Below are positions 1 to 12,161 of a stretch of DNA of 64,000 bases, piece after piece; position 1 is the first letter of the stretch; each line of letters opens with the position of its first letter. The translations under genes and the position numbers were made by a program. The notes beneath the pieces were generated by a model, which was not told the DNA's origin, did no database searches, and saw nothing but the letters and a program-made list of their open reading frames with translations. Where the stretch lies: NCBI GenBank assembly GCA_010093815.1, contig ML996565.1, one strand, 5' to 3'. This stretch comes from Pseudovirgaria hyperparasitica (taxonomy: Eukaryota).

Positions 1-2
1 CA

Positions 3-845
3 TATGCGAGACCAGCGGGTATTCTCATTCGGACTCTCCCTCGTATATGGTCCATCGAAAAGGTTGCAGATGGTGCGAATTGGGATGCAACAACGAGGAT
101 TGTCAGTCCATATCAAGGCTTGAAGGTTGACCTCTGTCTGGCGGAGATTCATTTGCGGAACAAAAAGAATTTCCAAGGGGTAGTAGTCATGTGCGGGTAT
201 ATGAGCCATGGTCATAACTATCCCATGCTCTGGATCAACATACGCACTGTCAATGGCTACGAGCAATCTACAGGGTGTCGCTTCGGAGACTCTAGCGAGC
301 GATCAATTAGAGGCTATATATGCTGCGCTGCTGGCACTGACTCAGCCTACGTAAAAGGCAAAGTTCCTCGTATAACACAGCGCAATTTCCGGAAATGTCT
401 GCTTACCGGTGCAGACTTCTTGACACTGGAAGACCATCTGAAGAGAGCAGCTTGGTTCAAGCCCGGTGTCTTGACGCACCAACGCCATGGGCTCAAGGTT
501 TGTGCACCTGATGTGCGTCATAAGTTCTTCGTTCACGGTCAGAACGTGATCCCATTAGACATGGAATGTATCATGGAGGAGTTCAAGAGAACCACTGAAC
601 AGACGCGTACAGTGCACCGCAGTCTTATCCATACTTTCCGTCTATACGATTCCGAAGATGATGAAAGCGCTAGCGACACAGACGCTGTACACAACGAGGC
701 CAGCCAGGGGAAACCTGTATGCAGGTCGTCGGGGTGCCAGCCGGATTTTGTTCATCGGCACGAGTACTTCTCGACCTCGACTTTGAGTCATGTCGCGAAA
801 CACCAAGGCACAACCACGAATGTCTTTTCTGATCATACCGTGTAA
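3..845 (+). CDS. 3' part of a hypothetical protein; frame is open from the window start
   Basis: The frame of ORF 120..845 has no stop back to position 3. No recognisable motif. Confidence 0.5.
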   Translation, partial: YARPAGILIRTLPRIWSIEKVADGANWDATTRIVSPYQGLKVDLCLAEIHLRNKKNFQGVVVMCGYMSHGHNYPMLWINIRTVNGYEQSTGCRFGDSSERSIRGYICCAAGTDSAYVKGKVPRITQRNFRKCLLTGADFLTLEDHLKRAAWFKPGVLTHQRHGLKVCAPDVRHKFFVHGQNVIPLDMECIMEEFKRTTEQTRTVHRSLIHTFRLYDSEDDESASDTDAVHNEASQGKPVCRSSGCQPDFVHRHEYFSTSTLSHVAKHQGTTTNVFSDHTV

Positions 846-1351
846 AGACGTGTTCTGAAATAGCAAATGTTGGACTCAGGATGATCATGCACGTTTTGAA
901 TCCCATCATGGTGACCCATAGTATATATTCGAGGCAAACATGCCTTGAAGTACAGCAAGCTTAGCCTCTTGCTTAATGATCACGTAGCCCTGTCATAATA
1001 TGAAAGCGTACATGAATTACTTGATTGCCATGCTACAGGCGTTGGGAAAAGTTTTGAGCTCGAACTAAGGATCGATTCTGAGCTACCATACGACGTCATA
1101 TGCACGATGGTGAGATCATAGTGCAGTTGCTGCAAACAGCATGAAACGCAATTCAACTCAAAGAACATCGAATTCGACAACGTGGAGCCTATGGCCGCTG
1201 TATGATCAAGTTCAAGTGATATGAGAAGGCTGTTGAAAGCGGAAAATCCACCCGCTTTTTCTAACGACACTGTACATTTAGTTCTTGTTCCTATTTCTTT
1301 TCATACCATTTATGAATCGAGCAAGCTCATATTGTGCCTGGGGATTAGTTT

Positions 1352-2230
1352 TCAAAATATCAGGTCTTTATGCACCATTGCCATTAGTACTGCTTCGTTG
1401 ATCCAAGGATCCAGGATTTTTTCGATTTGCTCAGCCCAATCGTCGTCCCAACTAACACCTTGGAGGGCAGTGAAATACTCCCAATAAGTGGGAAACCACC
1501 CTGCCTCTTCGAAATCAATCAGACTGACCTCGAAGCCTCGTGATGCATCTCGAAGCACCACCACGTTTTTTCTTTGCAGGTCGGAATGTGAGAATACAGG
1601 CCTATGGCCTGCCAATGTCTTCCCAAGATTCCTCTCATAGAAATCGGCCCTGAAACTATGTCTCCCCATTCGCGCCCAATCAAATCGTAGGCGCTTCACA
1701 AGTGCTCCGTTGAATTGCTCTTCCGAGTCGAATGGACCACAAATTTCCCGATCACGTTCCCGGCTGTAGAATAAGTAATGGTCAAACCGACTACCATCAA
1801 CGCTGCCATAGAGTGGAGGAGCTGGAATATCCCGGATTAGTGTAAATAGCTCTTTCAGTTTCGTGCAAACCTCGGATTTTTCAAATTCGCTAAGGCCAGG
1901 CCAGAGTGAATCGAGGGTCTCGCCGGGCATACGCTGCATGATCAGGCACATATGGCCCGTACTTGGTATGCGATACATCGCATAGAGCTTTGGCACCTGG
2001 GAGCAGGCTTTGAGATGGTGCTCAAGAAAGAGAAGCACCTGGCCTTCTAGCTCAATTACCCCCTTTCCATGTTTGGCAATGAAGTGGGATCCGACCGCAA
2101 CCACTCTATGGTGCGAGACATCGTCCCGGAATACGGTTGTTGATTCGAGGATGCTGGTTTCGCTGGGTAGTGGAGCTGGTAGTAAACCTGGGGCTTTAGC
2201 ATAGGGTAATAGGACAGGTACCCAAGCCAT
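1352..2230 (-). CDS. APH/choline-kinase-like phosphotransferase
   Basis: Intronless 292 aa ORF with VPKLY, MQRMPGETL, Brenner motif HSDLQRKNVVV and LIDFEEAGWFPTYWEY. Confidence 0.9.
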   Translation of the reverse strand: MAWVPVLLPYAKAPGLLPAPLPSETSILESTTVFRDDVSHHRVVAVGSHFIAKHGKGVIELEGQVLLFLEHHLKACSQVPKLYAMYRIPSTGHMCLIMQRMPGETLDSLWPGLSEFEKSEVCTKLKELFTLIRDIPAPPLYGSVDGSRFDHYLFYSRERDREICGPFDSEEQFNGALVKRLRFDWARMGRHSFRADFYERNLGKTLAGHRPVFSHSDLQRKNVVVLRDASRGFEVSLIDFEEAGWFPTYWEYFTALQGVSWDDDWAEQIEKILDPWINEAVLMAMVHKDLIF

Positions 2231-2979
2231 AAGGGAACCTAAAGGTGTGTCTGCGGAGGAAAGTCCCTCGGGTCTCTATACGGAAGACTGCTTAGTAAGA
2301 GCTAAGTAAGTCCTTAGCCAATCGTAGGTCGTGGTTTACCGACTCCTACCAAAACCTACCTGCTCAGAGGCCTGCCTCCATTTCCTGATGCTTGTGGGCA
2401 GCGAGGAAAGAGAGATGCAAGAGCTCTTAGCACCGGTCCAGATCAAGTTATAGCAAAAATTGGACGTTCCTTGGGTCAAGAGGTTCTCCCTTTCATCATA
2501 ACTGAGATCAGACTTCGGCATATACAATCGGATACAATCATCCATGTAGTGTCTCTCTTGTGAACTAGGTGGCCGGGAACTGCGAGCAATTTGTGGTGAA
2601 AGAGAATGGCGATATATGTTGCGCGGCTTATATCCTCGAATATTATGTTCAGGGTGAGAATGCGAAGCACTCAAGTACTCATGAGCGCGATAGTCGATGC
2701 TCATTAGTTGCGACGGAGGTTCTACTGCTAACTTCTGTACGCAACCGTTGATCTATAACTGATATATTGATTGAGGTGGTGCCTGAAGTCTGCCTTAGAG
2801 GAGTACATAATGCATGCCAAGACACTAGTCGTTTCCCTCTCGCTTGCGTCCGCACCGCGAATATCTTTCTCGAATCCACCAATTTACAGGAAAAGTTCGA
2901 CCTCATCGAAAATCTCCCACAGCGCAGGATATCCACTTCTTTGCGCCCTCACTCCTTCATCAAACCCACAACCAGTACA

Positions 2980-3512
2980 ATGGCCGCAACTGTACGTCAC
3001 CCGCTATGCTGCCTGCGATAGAGTCCTCTCTTTTGTCGCACTGAGCAGTAGGCGCATGCTAACCACATATCACAATGTAGAAGAACGCCGCCGGCAAGGG
3101 CCCCGCAAAGAAGAACCAGAAGATCACCAAGAAGTTCATCATCAACGCGAGTCAGCCCGCCAACGACAAGATCTTTGACGTGTCCGCGTTCGAGAAATTC
3201 TTGCACGACCGCATCAAGGTCGATGGCCGCACTGGTAACCTTGGTGACACCATCGTAATCAGCCAGGCTGGCGATGGCAAGATTGAGGTGATTGCGCACC
3301 AAGAGTTCTCCGGTCGCTACCTCAAGTACTTGTAAGTGAAGAAAGGACTATCTATGGAGGGCGTGTGGGTTAACAAGACGACCAGGACCAAGAAGTACCT
3401 CAAGAAGCAGCAGCTCCGTGACTGGCTCCGCGTCGTCTCAACCTCCAAGGGTGTCTACGAGCTCCGCTTCTTCAATGTCGTCAACGACGAGGCTGAGGAT
3501 GACGACGAGTAA
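2980..3512 (+). CDS. RPL22: 60S ribosomal protein L22 (eL22), 3 exons
   Basis: ATG 2980; introns 2992-3080 and 3332-3385. Spliced protein contains [66 protein letters not shown] and an acidic tail. Confidence 0.97.
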
Positions 3513-3745
3513 ACGCAACGCTTGTAACCTTTGACTGGATCACATGTATGAGCATATCAAGACTCTCAAAATCACGCCGCCAAATGAGTGAAGGGCGCGT
3601 GGGAAACCCATGAACGTAACTCTTTCAATAGATGTACGTCGCAAAAAATAACACTCTGTGCATCATGTCGACTTCTCTCCGTTGTCTGTAAAGTACGTGC
3701 AAATCATCGTTGTCCTTCCATCTCGCAAACTACCCCCAACACATT

Positions 3746-4601
3746 TCACCATTCCATCTCCTTCATCACCCCTCCCTCCTCCGCCCAGAACCCACTCTTC
3801 CACCTCCCCCTTTCCGCACAAACCAACTCCACAACCACGCCCGCCCCTTCCAACGGATCCCTCTTGCCCCTAAACCCATTGAATGCCGTCCTACAATGCC
3901 CCGGATTCGCCAACTGAAACAACACCTCCTTTTCCGTCCTCGCCATCTCCAGCGTCAACACATTCAACGCCACCTTACTCACACTATACGGCACGCTCGC
4001 CGCCGGCGGCATATCCCCCCTTGCCAAAGCCGCAATACTCGCCCTCCCCGACGACACATTCACCACCCTCGCATCCGCACTCCCACGCAACACCCCCAGA
4101 AATGCCCCCGTCACCGCCGCAACCCCAGTCACATTCACCGCAAACGTATCCGCATACGCAGCCCTCAGCCCAGCCCCGTCGTCCGCGGCCGCGGGAGGTG
4201 GTATCGCCGCATACCCAGCGTTATTCACAAGCACATCCAACCCGCCATAGTCGCGCACGACGCACTGCACAGCAGCCGCAATGCTGGCGTCACTGGTAAC
4301 GTCCAGCTCGAGGGCGGCGAAGCGTGCTGTCAGACCTAGGGCGTGCAGGCGGGCTATTGCGTCTGCGCCGCTGGTTGCTGAGCGGGTGCCGAGGAGGTAT
4401 GTGTTTGTGGGCTCGCGCGTGGCGAGGGCTTGGATGATGCTGAAGCCGATGCCTGGGGTTTGGGTGTTAGTTTGTGGGCGTGTGCGTGGGTTGTGGTATT
4501 GGTAGTCATGGTTTTTTTTGCTGGGGGTTAAGGGGTGCGTAGGGGGTAGGGGAGAGCGGACCGCGGTTTGCGCCTGTGACGAGGATGGTCTTTGGGCCCA
4601 T
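3746..4601 (-). CDS. Short-chain dehydrogenase/reductase (carbonyl-reductase-like), 2 exons
   Basis: MGPKTILVTGANRG spliced to IGFSI gives TGxxxGIG; also LDVLVNNAG, NVSS, YSVSK and NPGHCRT. Confidence 0.9.
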
Positions 4602-4981
4602 GGTCTTGATTGATTAGATGGATGGGGGAGTGTTTGGAAGATGGTGGAAGACGGAGTGTGACTGTAGTGCTTTATGTATGATAAGTGTGATATAGAATAT
4701 ATGTCATGTATGCGCTCTTGCTTTATATCAGATGGTGCTGTGTGCAACAATACTCGGATTTAACGCCAAGAACACACTACATCCGTCACTTACATCCGCG
4801 ATCGACAGAACCAAAAGGGAGGCCAGGAATTTTGGGGGCTGTTAGCCCAATCTGGTAATGTATAAAAGAGCTAAGAGCTTCATGTGATTTCTGGAGCGAA
4901 CTTTCGATGACGATGAATCGGCCTGGTATTCCAACGATTTTTTTGTTGCGATTTATGAATTTACAACACCACCAAACAAGC

Positions 4982-5100
4982 ACATTCGGCCATACCAACC
5001 AGAAAGCAAGCGGTCCCGTTCGCTCCCGCCTATTTAAGCTGGTTAGGGGTGGATTAGTAGTTAGGTGGGTGACCACTAGCGAATACCCACTGCTGAATGT
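4982..5100 (+). rRNA. Dispersed 5S rRNA gene (119 nt)
   Basis: ACATTCGGCCATAC...CCCGTTCGCTC...TTAGTAGTTAGGTGGGTGACCACTAGCGAATACCCACTGCTGAATGT. Helix I (ACATTCGGC/GCTGAATGT) pairs, loop E AGTA/GAA is present, and a T-run follows as Pol III terminator. Confidence 0.95.
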
Positions 5101-6948
5101 TTTGCGCTTTTTGACATTTTGGATATGTCACATTATATTCTATTCAGGATTGTATAAGTCTAGAATTTCATAGCATCCCTTTCTCTTATTAGTAATGCGC
5201 CCGTATGGACTTTACTCGTTTATATTGTACAAAGCGTTGGTCCTCGCCTACTGGTTGGTATATATACGATGATGGTCTTCATCCTCACTCAATCAATGAT
5301 ATCAATTAAGGGCCTCAATACTCACCCTTACGCTTCTCATATAACCCCTCTTCCCAATCCGCACTCAGACCTCTTCCGCTCATTCCCTGGTCTGATTAAC
5401 CTTGACCTTACTAGCATCAGCACCTCAAGGCGTAACCTACGGTACATCCCATGCTCCCGAGACTTCCCTGAGCTCCTTCCTGGTATATAACATCGCCAAA
5501 CCTTCCCCATCTCAAACACCAAGTGTGTTCCCCCTGCTCTGCCGGCACTTCTGAGGTGATCACGCACTTCTGCTCCAACATCGCAGTCGCTCGCCTCTAG
5601 TAAATCTGGTTTGTGCAGCAGTGCGGGGCGTGCATCTTCTGCACACTATGAACCACCCCAGTTTTTCTTTCGCCCGTAGTCGATTTTTCTCGGGATTTTA
5701 GCTAGTTAGCAGCCACTTACAGAACGTCACTATTTCTCCATAGTTGAGTAGTGGGTTGCTTCTGCCATGCTGGAACAGACATTCGCGCCGGCGCCATCTA
5801 TCTCAAACGAAGTTTCAATTAATAAAGCCTGACATACGTCGGACGAATAGGAAGAAGAAAACCAAGGAGCGCATTCATTGCGATGGATGGGTGCAACCAA
5901 ATGAGAAAGACGCGATCAGATTACTAAAAAGGGGTGGTGGTTCCACCTCAGCCCAGCCCATCCCAGTTCATGTTTTGACCGATCGACACGTGGTCGGAGA
6001 AATTGGCATACCACGTGTAAAGTTCGGGGATTAATTGTTAGATATATCTGTACAGTATGTACTTCTCCGGAGGAAAGAGTGGCCGATCGACGATGTAATC
6101 TGTTGGGAGTATTTTCTTCTTCTTTATGCGGTCCTGTTTCGGGAGGGGGAGGGGAGCAAGGACGTATGCTAGGTGCATGATAGCTAGGGTGATCTTTGGG
6201 GATGGAAGGCGGCCGCGGTGTCAAAGGAGATAGGATCTCGAGTGAAGATTGGCGGAGGAGTAACTGAGCTGAATATCCGCCATGAAGAACCGATGGGAGG
6301 GTATCATGAAACGTCAATGTGCAGTAGGGCACTCACGACATATGACGCGCAAGATGGATAGCTAAGACAACGGTGGACGTGAAAAGAGGGAATCGAAAGG
6401 AGCAAGAGGAATAAACAAACGGATATCAGATTCTATGACAAGGCTTGTGAAGTTGATTGGACGTGATTTCTGCCTGTTTCGATTGGACTTCCGAGTCGTC
6501 TGAAATTCAACGACATATATGTGAATTTACATACATCTTCATGGCTCGTACCATGGTACCCGATGCAATATCCCCAGGCCTGACATGCCAACACATGTCC
6601 ACTGTTATAATCCATCGCCGCCAACTATATACACACTGACATGCTACTCCTAGTGCAACTCCCTTTGCTCTTATGCCCAATCGTAAGGAAAGAAATGAAG
6701 GTGGTATCCTGCACGAACCCATGAGTAATATCCTGTACGCCTTTAACAGGCTGCATGATAGCAGCGCCAACCTCGGAATGCTCCTACATAGTAATAATTC
6801 GAATTCCCCGTATCCAAAATATTGGTATTTTTGAGGGTCAGTTTAGACCCCTCGCCATTGTAACGCCCGCTGAATACGCCTCTCCATGTCCTTTGAAATT
6901 CCAATGCTACGCAAACGCCCTGTGATGCTTTGAAAAACTAATGCGACT

Positions 6949-9348
6949 CTAGCTTCCACGCCTTGTGATTCCTGGTAGAGTCTCTTGATCCGTCCTTGAA
7001 GCGTTCACAGAAGCGTGCGATTGCGTTGGTGAGCGGAATGGATTCGCCGGCGCAGTCGAGATCGGAGAGACTGGTGATATAGGGGAGCTGAAGGGGCCTT
7101 GAGCAGTCCGCCCATCCTGGTCCTGATTTTCGACTAGCAGTGTCTGCAGGCTCAGTGTAGCCTGGCTTGTAAAAGTCCGTGTGAATGAAGTAGAGCGTGT
7201 CCGGGAATCTAGTTGTTGGTCATCTCCGGGCCCAATTTCATTGGATGACGCAGCGAGTGTACGTGAGTCCAAACTGTCGGTCTGCTCATATCCCTGATTT
7301 TGTTCCTGTTCTGTTTCTTGTGCTTGATTTGCAAGGTAGTTAGGTGACCAGGTTCTCCCCCTCGGTTGGGCTGGGATGATCGTGACGGGTAGCACCATCT
7401 CCTGTGGCTTACCACCGGCTCGGTCGCGTATTCTTTCGCTTTGCTCTGCAGCAAACGCTCCGAACCGGCCCTTGAGGTCCCATCGATCAAATTGTGGTGG
7501 TTGCGGTTTCTCTGATCTTACTGGCTTCTCCATACCAGTGTCTTCAACGATACGTCCGCCAAGCACCTCAGCTGGAGGTTCAGCGATCCTCCTTCTGAAC
7601 GGATTGAGCGGTGACATATTTGGCCACCGCCATCTATTTCTAGTAACTGCAGGTTGAGACTCTGGATCTGGCTGCCAGTCGTCATGGTCTTGAAGGCCTT
7701 CCTTACCGAAATATGGCTCGGTGTTGGTTGTACGTGCCATTCGCGGTGGAGTCTGTTGTGGTGGCACAGAAGCTTGGCGAGGTAGGGGAGTCATTGGTTC
7801 ATTCATAGTATGATAACGAATGGTGTAGACGGTGTTCGTTGCGCTCGTTGTGTCAGCCCGACTCACCGGGGACGCAACGGGCAGTGGATGCCTTGGTTCC
7901 GGAGATGGTGTGTAACCTGGGACTGTGGGAGAAATATTCGTGGCACCACCTCTTGCGTCCGTCGACCGTGAATGTACTCGTCCAAGCGGAACCATAATTG
8001 TGCGCTCAAGATTCTGTGACCTTCGTCCGAAACGATTAGTGATACCGTGCCCATGATGACCTGAAGTATATCCGGCACCGCCACCAGACCTTCGGTTACG
8101 ATCGTTCCGATGACTGGGCCAATTGACTTCTTGATGTGGCGAGTTCTCTAGCATATCATCTCCGTCGAACACCTCTCGTCCTAGAATCCCATCTTTCTTT
8201 TCGTCCCTTTCCAATGCCTCTATTCTCTCTACCCATTCCCATACCACTACACTAGCTGCTGCTGCTCCGACCCAGCGAAAGTAATCACCCCAACCGGCTA
8301 CGTTATAGTTTGAGATGTCGATGATGAAGAATATGAGGGGGGTTAGAATGGCGACGATTGATAATACGGCGACAACAGCCATGTTGGGCATGAGTTTGTG
8401 GTAGAAGGCGTAACGTCGTTTCGTGAGAGCGTAATATATGACCCAAGCAGCGTAGAGCATGCTCAGAGCGCATTGAAAAAGGTAATTGAGAGCCGGAATC
8501 GCGTCAACAAAATGCCTTGGTTTTCCATCGTGTTCGGTAAGAAAATTGTTGAGGATGCTGAATGTCATGTCGAGGACGATGAGTCCAAATCCGGTCCATT
8601 TGATAATGACCTTCTCTTTGTGTCGTGAAAATAAGCGAATCAATGTCTGGACTTGTGCCAACCACAAGAATATATCCGATATAATGCGTGAGATCTTGAT
8701 TTCTAGTCCGCCAACAACTTCTCTTCGTAATGACTCGGCGTCCATGAAACCTTGGTACCATTGGGCCTCCGCGACGCGAAAGGTGTCAGCCGTTGCAATC
8801 GTCAACGAGATCGCGACGGTTAATGCTGCAATCTTCTGTAACCAAGGTCTGGATCCAACACCGATGACTGATGCGCTTCCACTGGCACCACTGATCATTC
8901 CTCGTCTTCCCAAAAGCCCTGATGTCCCGCCAGCACCACCCATGAAGAATGTTCTTGGAGTGATGACCAACATGATGAAAAGGAACCACGCGATAACGGT
9001 TGCAGCGCCGGTTGCATACACGATCGGGGTTACGGACGCGTTGAATGACACTTGCATGTCAGAGCGACTTCCTGGTCCGACCAAAGTCGATCCAACTTCG
9101 TACACGCTCGTACATTCTGGTGTAAGGACGGCGTCGGCGGTGAGAGTTATGGTCGTGGACGCATCAATACTGATTACGCCAAAGGAAGGGAGCGTGTACG
9201 GCGAACAATGCTATAGTATAGTCAGTACATATGTTCACGTCGTAAGTCGCGATATGCATACATGTGCGATGGTTGTCGTCGTCGTCGGCGTCGCCGCCGC
9301 AGGGACATTCCATATTTGTCTCCGGTCGTGGTGCGCTGCCGATAGCAT
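6949..9348 (-). CDS. palH: pH-sensing 7-TM receptor PalH/Rim21, 2 exons
   Basis: MLSAAHHDRRQIW...TIAH, intron at about 9211-9261, then HCSPYTLPSFG; motifs GSRPWLQKIAA, WLAQVQTLIRLF and VVWEWVERIEALER...ILGREVF; long disordered tail. Confidence 0.93.
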
Positions 9349-9713
9349 TACTCCTCGACGGTCCAGCGACTCAACACGAGGGGCCTATATCGATAGGGGG
9401 GTCATTTAGAGAGAGTAGTCGAGCGGTTGTGTAGGTTGCATGACAACGAGGGGCGTGGCGAGGCTTGACAGTGTCAATATGGTGCAGATGGAGAGGCGGG
9501 AGAAGTGTATGCGATGGGGGACCAAGGGTTGTCCAGCCTTGGAGTAAGCTTGGCTCGAGGTGGGTGGGTGGGCGGTCGGGCAGGAGCGTGAGGGAAAGAA
9601 GGATGGAAACCGGGATGGGGATTAGGGACAAAACCCGGGGGGGCCTGGGCCGGCTCGGGGCAGCAAAAGGCTAACGTTAGGTCAGCCTGGTCAGATATCT
9701 AGTCCTCAAATGT

Positions 9714-9740
9714 GCTGGCTGGCTGGCTGGCTGGCTGGCC
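9714..9740 (+). repeat. (GGCT)n microsatellite upstream of palH
   Basis: gctggctggctggctggctggctggcc. Confidence 0.8.
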
Positions 9741-10997
9741 GATTAGTGGCTGGAGTGAGAAAGTCCCGCTGGCTGACCGGGGGAGGGGGCCGAACGGAGA
9801 CAAAATGATGCGTGCACTCATCGGTGCTTGGCCCAAATGCTTCAAAGTGCGCCCAGCGCCATGTCTGTCTCATTCAGTAGTGATTTGCAGCAAAGAATCA
9901 GCCAATAGCAGGGTCCACGGTACACTTCCTACTGTTATATGGCTTGGTCAACACACCATAGATCTTGACGCCTTTGGTTCACAGAAATCATCTACGGATG
10001 CTAATGACAAGAGAAGGATCCGGCATTCTAGAACTGTACGATTATAAATAGTACTTGTTAGATCCGTGCAGATTCATGAGATAGGTGTGACGGCACTGTT
10101 TCGCCGCTGTAGAGCCTACCGAACCCCACTATTCCTTCACCTTACAGGTGCTGATCCACTGAAACGGGAGATGCGACATCGTCAAAACATTCAACCGCGA
10201 AACTTCGACTTGATAAACAACAAGCGTCTTTTAGTGTGTTCACTGTTCACCAACAGACCTGTCTTCCTTACCCCATAACGCTTCCAGGTTAGGTCATAAA
10301 CTTCCAATCGAACATCTGACGAGACAGCGGGGCTGCATTAGGCCAGGTTTGTACTTGTATCAAGCCTTTGATAGTGCGTTCGGTGAGCACACGGGTGGTA
10401 AGCTTCAAGATACATGGCGGATGTGCCGTAGCTTAGTGTTGCGACTCCTTCTTAATAGTCTCTCTTCAATGACGATTATGTTACCGACCAGAGCAGATGT
10501 TGATATGTATCATAATTGCAAGTTTTCGTAGTGCTCATAGCCTGTCCGCAGATATATATATATATACATATCAGTAGTAGACCACAGCTGCTCGAGACAT
10601 AGACTGATCGGAGCTGAAGGATGCGAGCGGCATGTCAACAAGTTACAGCCATGTCTATTAATTAATTACATGTGCACCCAATGCAGTGCACTTGACCACT
10701 CCTTCGTACACGCAGACCTTACGAGCTACCAGCGTAGAATTTGCATCATGTCATTGTTCTCACGTACCACAAGGCTTACTTCAGGGACAGCGCATCTGTT
10801 ACTCACCTACTTCTGTTCATTGGCTCTAGCTATATGCTGAGGCAATCGTATACTGTTGTCTCAGGTCTTGTCGAAAGGTATTGAGTATAGATTACCATTG
10901 AGTCTGGATCCAAATATATTACATGAAAATGCTACTAAGCCGGTCAGCGCCCCCATCTTTCAGTAATACATGAGCCTTTGTATCCATTAGTCTTGAT

Positions 10998-11913
10998 TCA
11001 CTTCAAACCCAAGAGGAAGCCGCCACCACCACCTTGCTTGCCCTCTCCATTGCCCGCACCACTCGGTAGGTATGACACATTGGGATTGTTGGCTAATAGT
11101 TGCGCAATGTCTTTCTGTGTCTCGATTCTTCTAATCAGAACGAGTCCATCACCACTTTTGGCAACAGCCTTAGAGATGGTGTCTGCTGCCTCGGCCTCTC
11201 CTTCCGCGCGAATGACATTTGCTTGTCTCTCTTGCTCTGCTTTTTCGACGATGAAACGGGCACGCTCAGCCTCTTGCTGGGCAATCTGTTTTTCTTCGAC
11301 GGCCTTGGTAAATTCCTTTCCGAAAGTCATATGCGTGATGGAGACGTCCTCGAGGGCGATGTTGAACTCCTGGGCACGCTTCATGAGGTCGTTTCGGATA
11401 CGATTCGAGACGGCTTCACGTTGGGTGATTAGTTCGGCGGCATCGAATTGGGCGACGATGGCTTTGAGGACTTCATTTCCTATGGATGGAAGGACACGCT
11501 CATCGTAATCTTGGCCCAGGTTCTGTAAGATAGAGAATTAGTATATCAAAGAGTAGTGCCTAGCCAGGCTGATACTTGTTAACGTGACTTACTTGATAGA
11601 TCTTGGGTAGCATCGCGACCTCTGGTCGGTGAAGTACCCTCAATGTTAAGCTAACCATCTGCAAGTCCTTGCTCCCGGTGGTTGTCGAAATATTTCTTGG
11701 CTTTGTGCGAACATCAAAGACGATGCTCCTTTGTAACCACGGTACGAGGAAGTGTGTACCCTCCTGAACAACCTGTTCCTTGACTCCGCTGAGCCTATCA
11801 AAGATAACAGCTCGAGTGCCACCCTTGACGTCGTAGATCGATGCTTGGACGGCCGAGGCCATGATAGCGGCAGGTACCGCAAGCTTGTAGAGAAGACCAG
11901 CAGCTTGAGCCAT
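10998..11913 (-). CDS. PHB1: Prohibitin 1, 2 exons
   Basis: [62 protein letters not shown]; intron 11523-11592. Confidence 0.97.
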
Positions 11914-12161
11914 CTTGGAGGATCTATCGAGGTATTCGGTAGGGATAGGGGGCTGATGGTGGAGCTGGTGTGCAATGTTGTCTTTTCGCGACCAACGATG
12001 GTACATTTTAGAGCTTGACCTTTCACGTGATCAATATAGTCCGAGCTCAAGACCGACCTTCAATCTTCAACTTGCGAGGTTACGATTGCGTCCCAATCAC
12101 GCAACCCCATCTCCCCCTCACAAACGGCAATCACGTAACCCACCGCTACACATCAATTACA

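Noticed and set aside
2336..2704. 122 aa minus-strand ORF between the kinase-like gene and RPL22
   Set aside because: No motif or clear gene structure; lies in promoter/UTR territory.
5170..6900. Several short ORFs between the 5S gene and the palH 3' end
   Set aside because: No motifs and no convincing exon chain; a small gene or lncRNA cannot be excluded.
8486..9409. 307 aa plus-strand ORF, and similar antisense ORFs over SDR, PHB1, EBP2 and GCD2
   Set aside because: Antisense shadows of real genes caused by codon bias.
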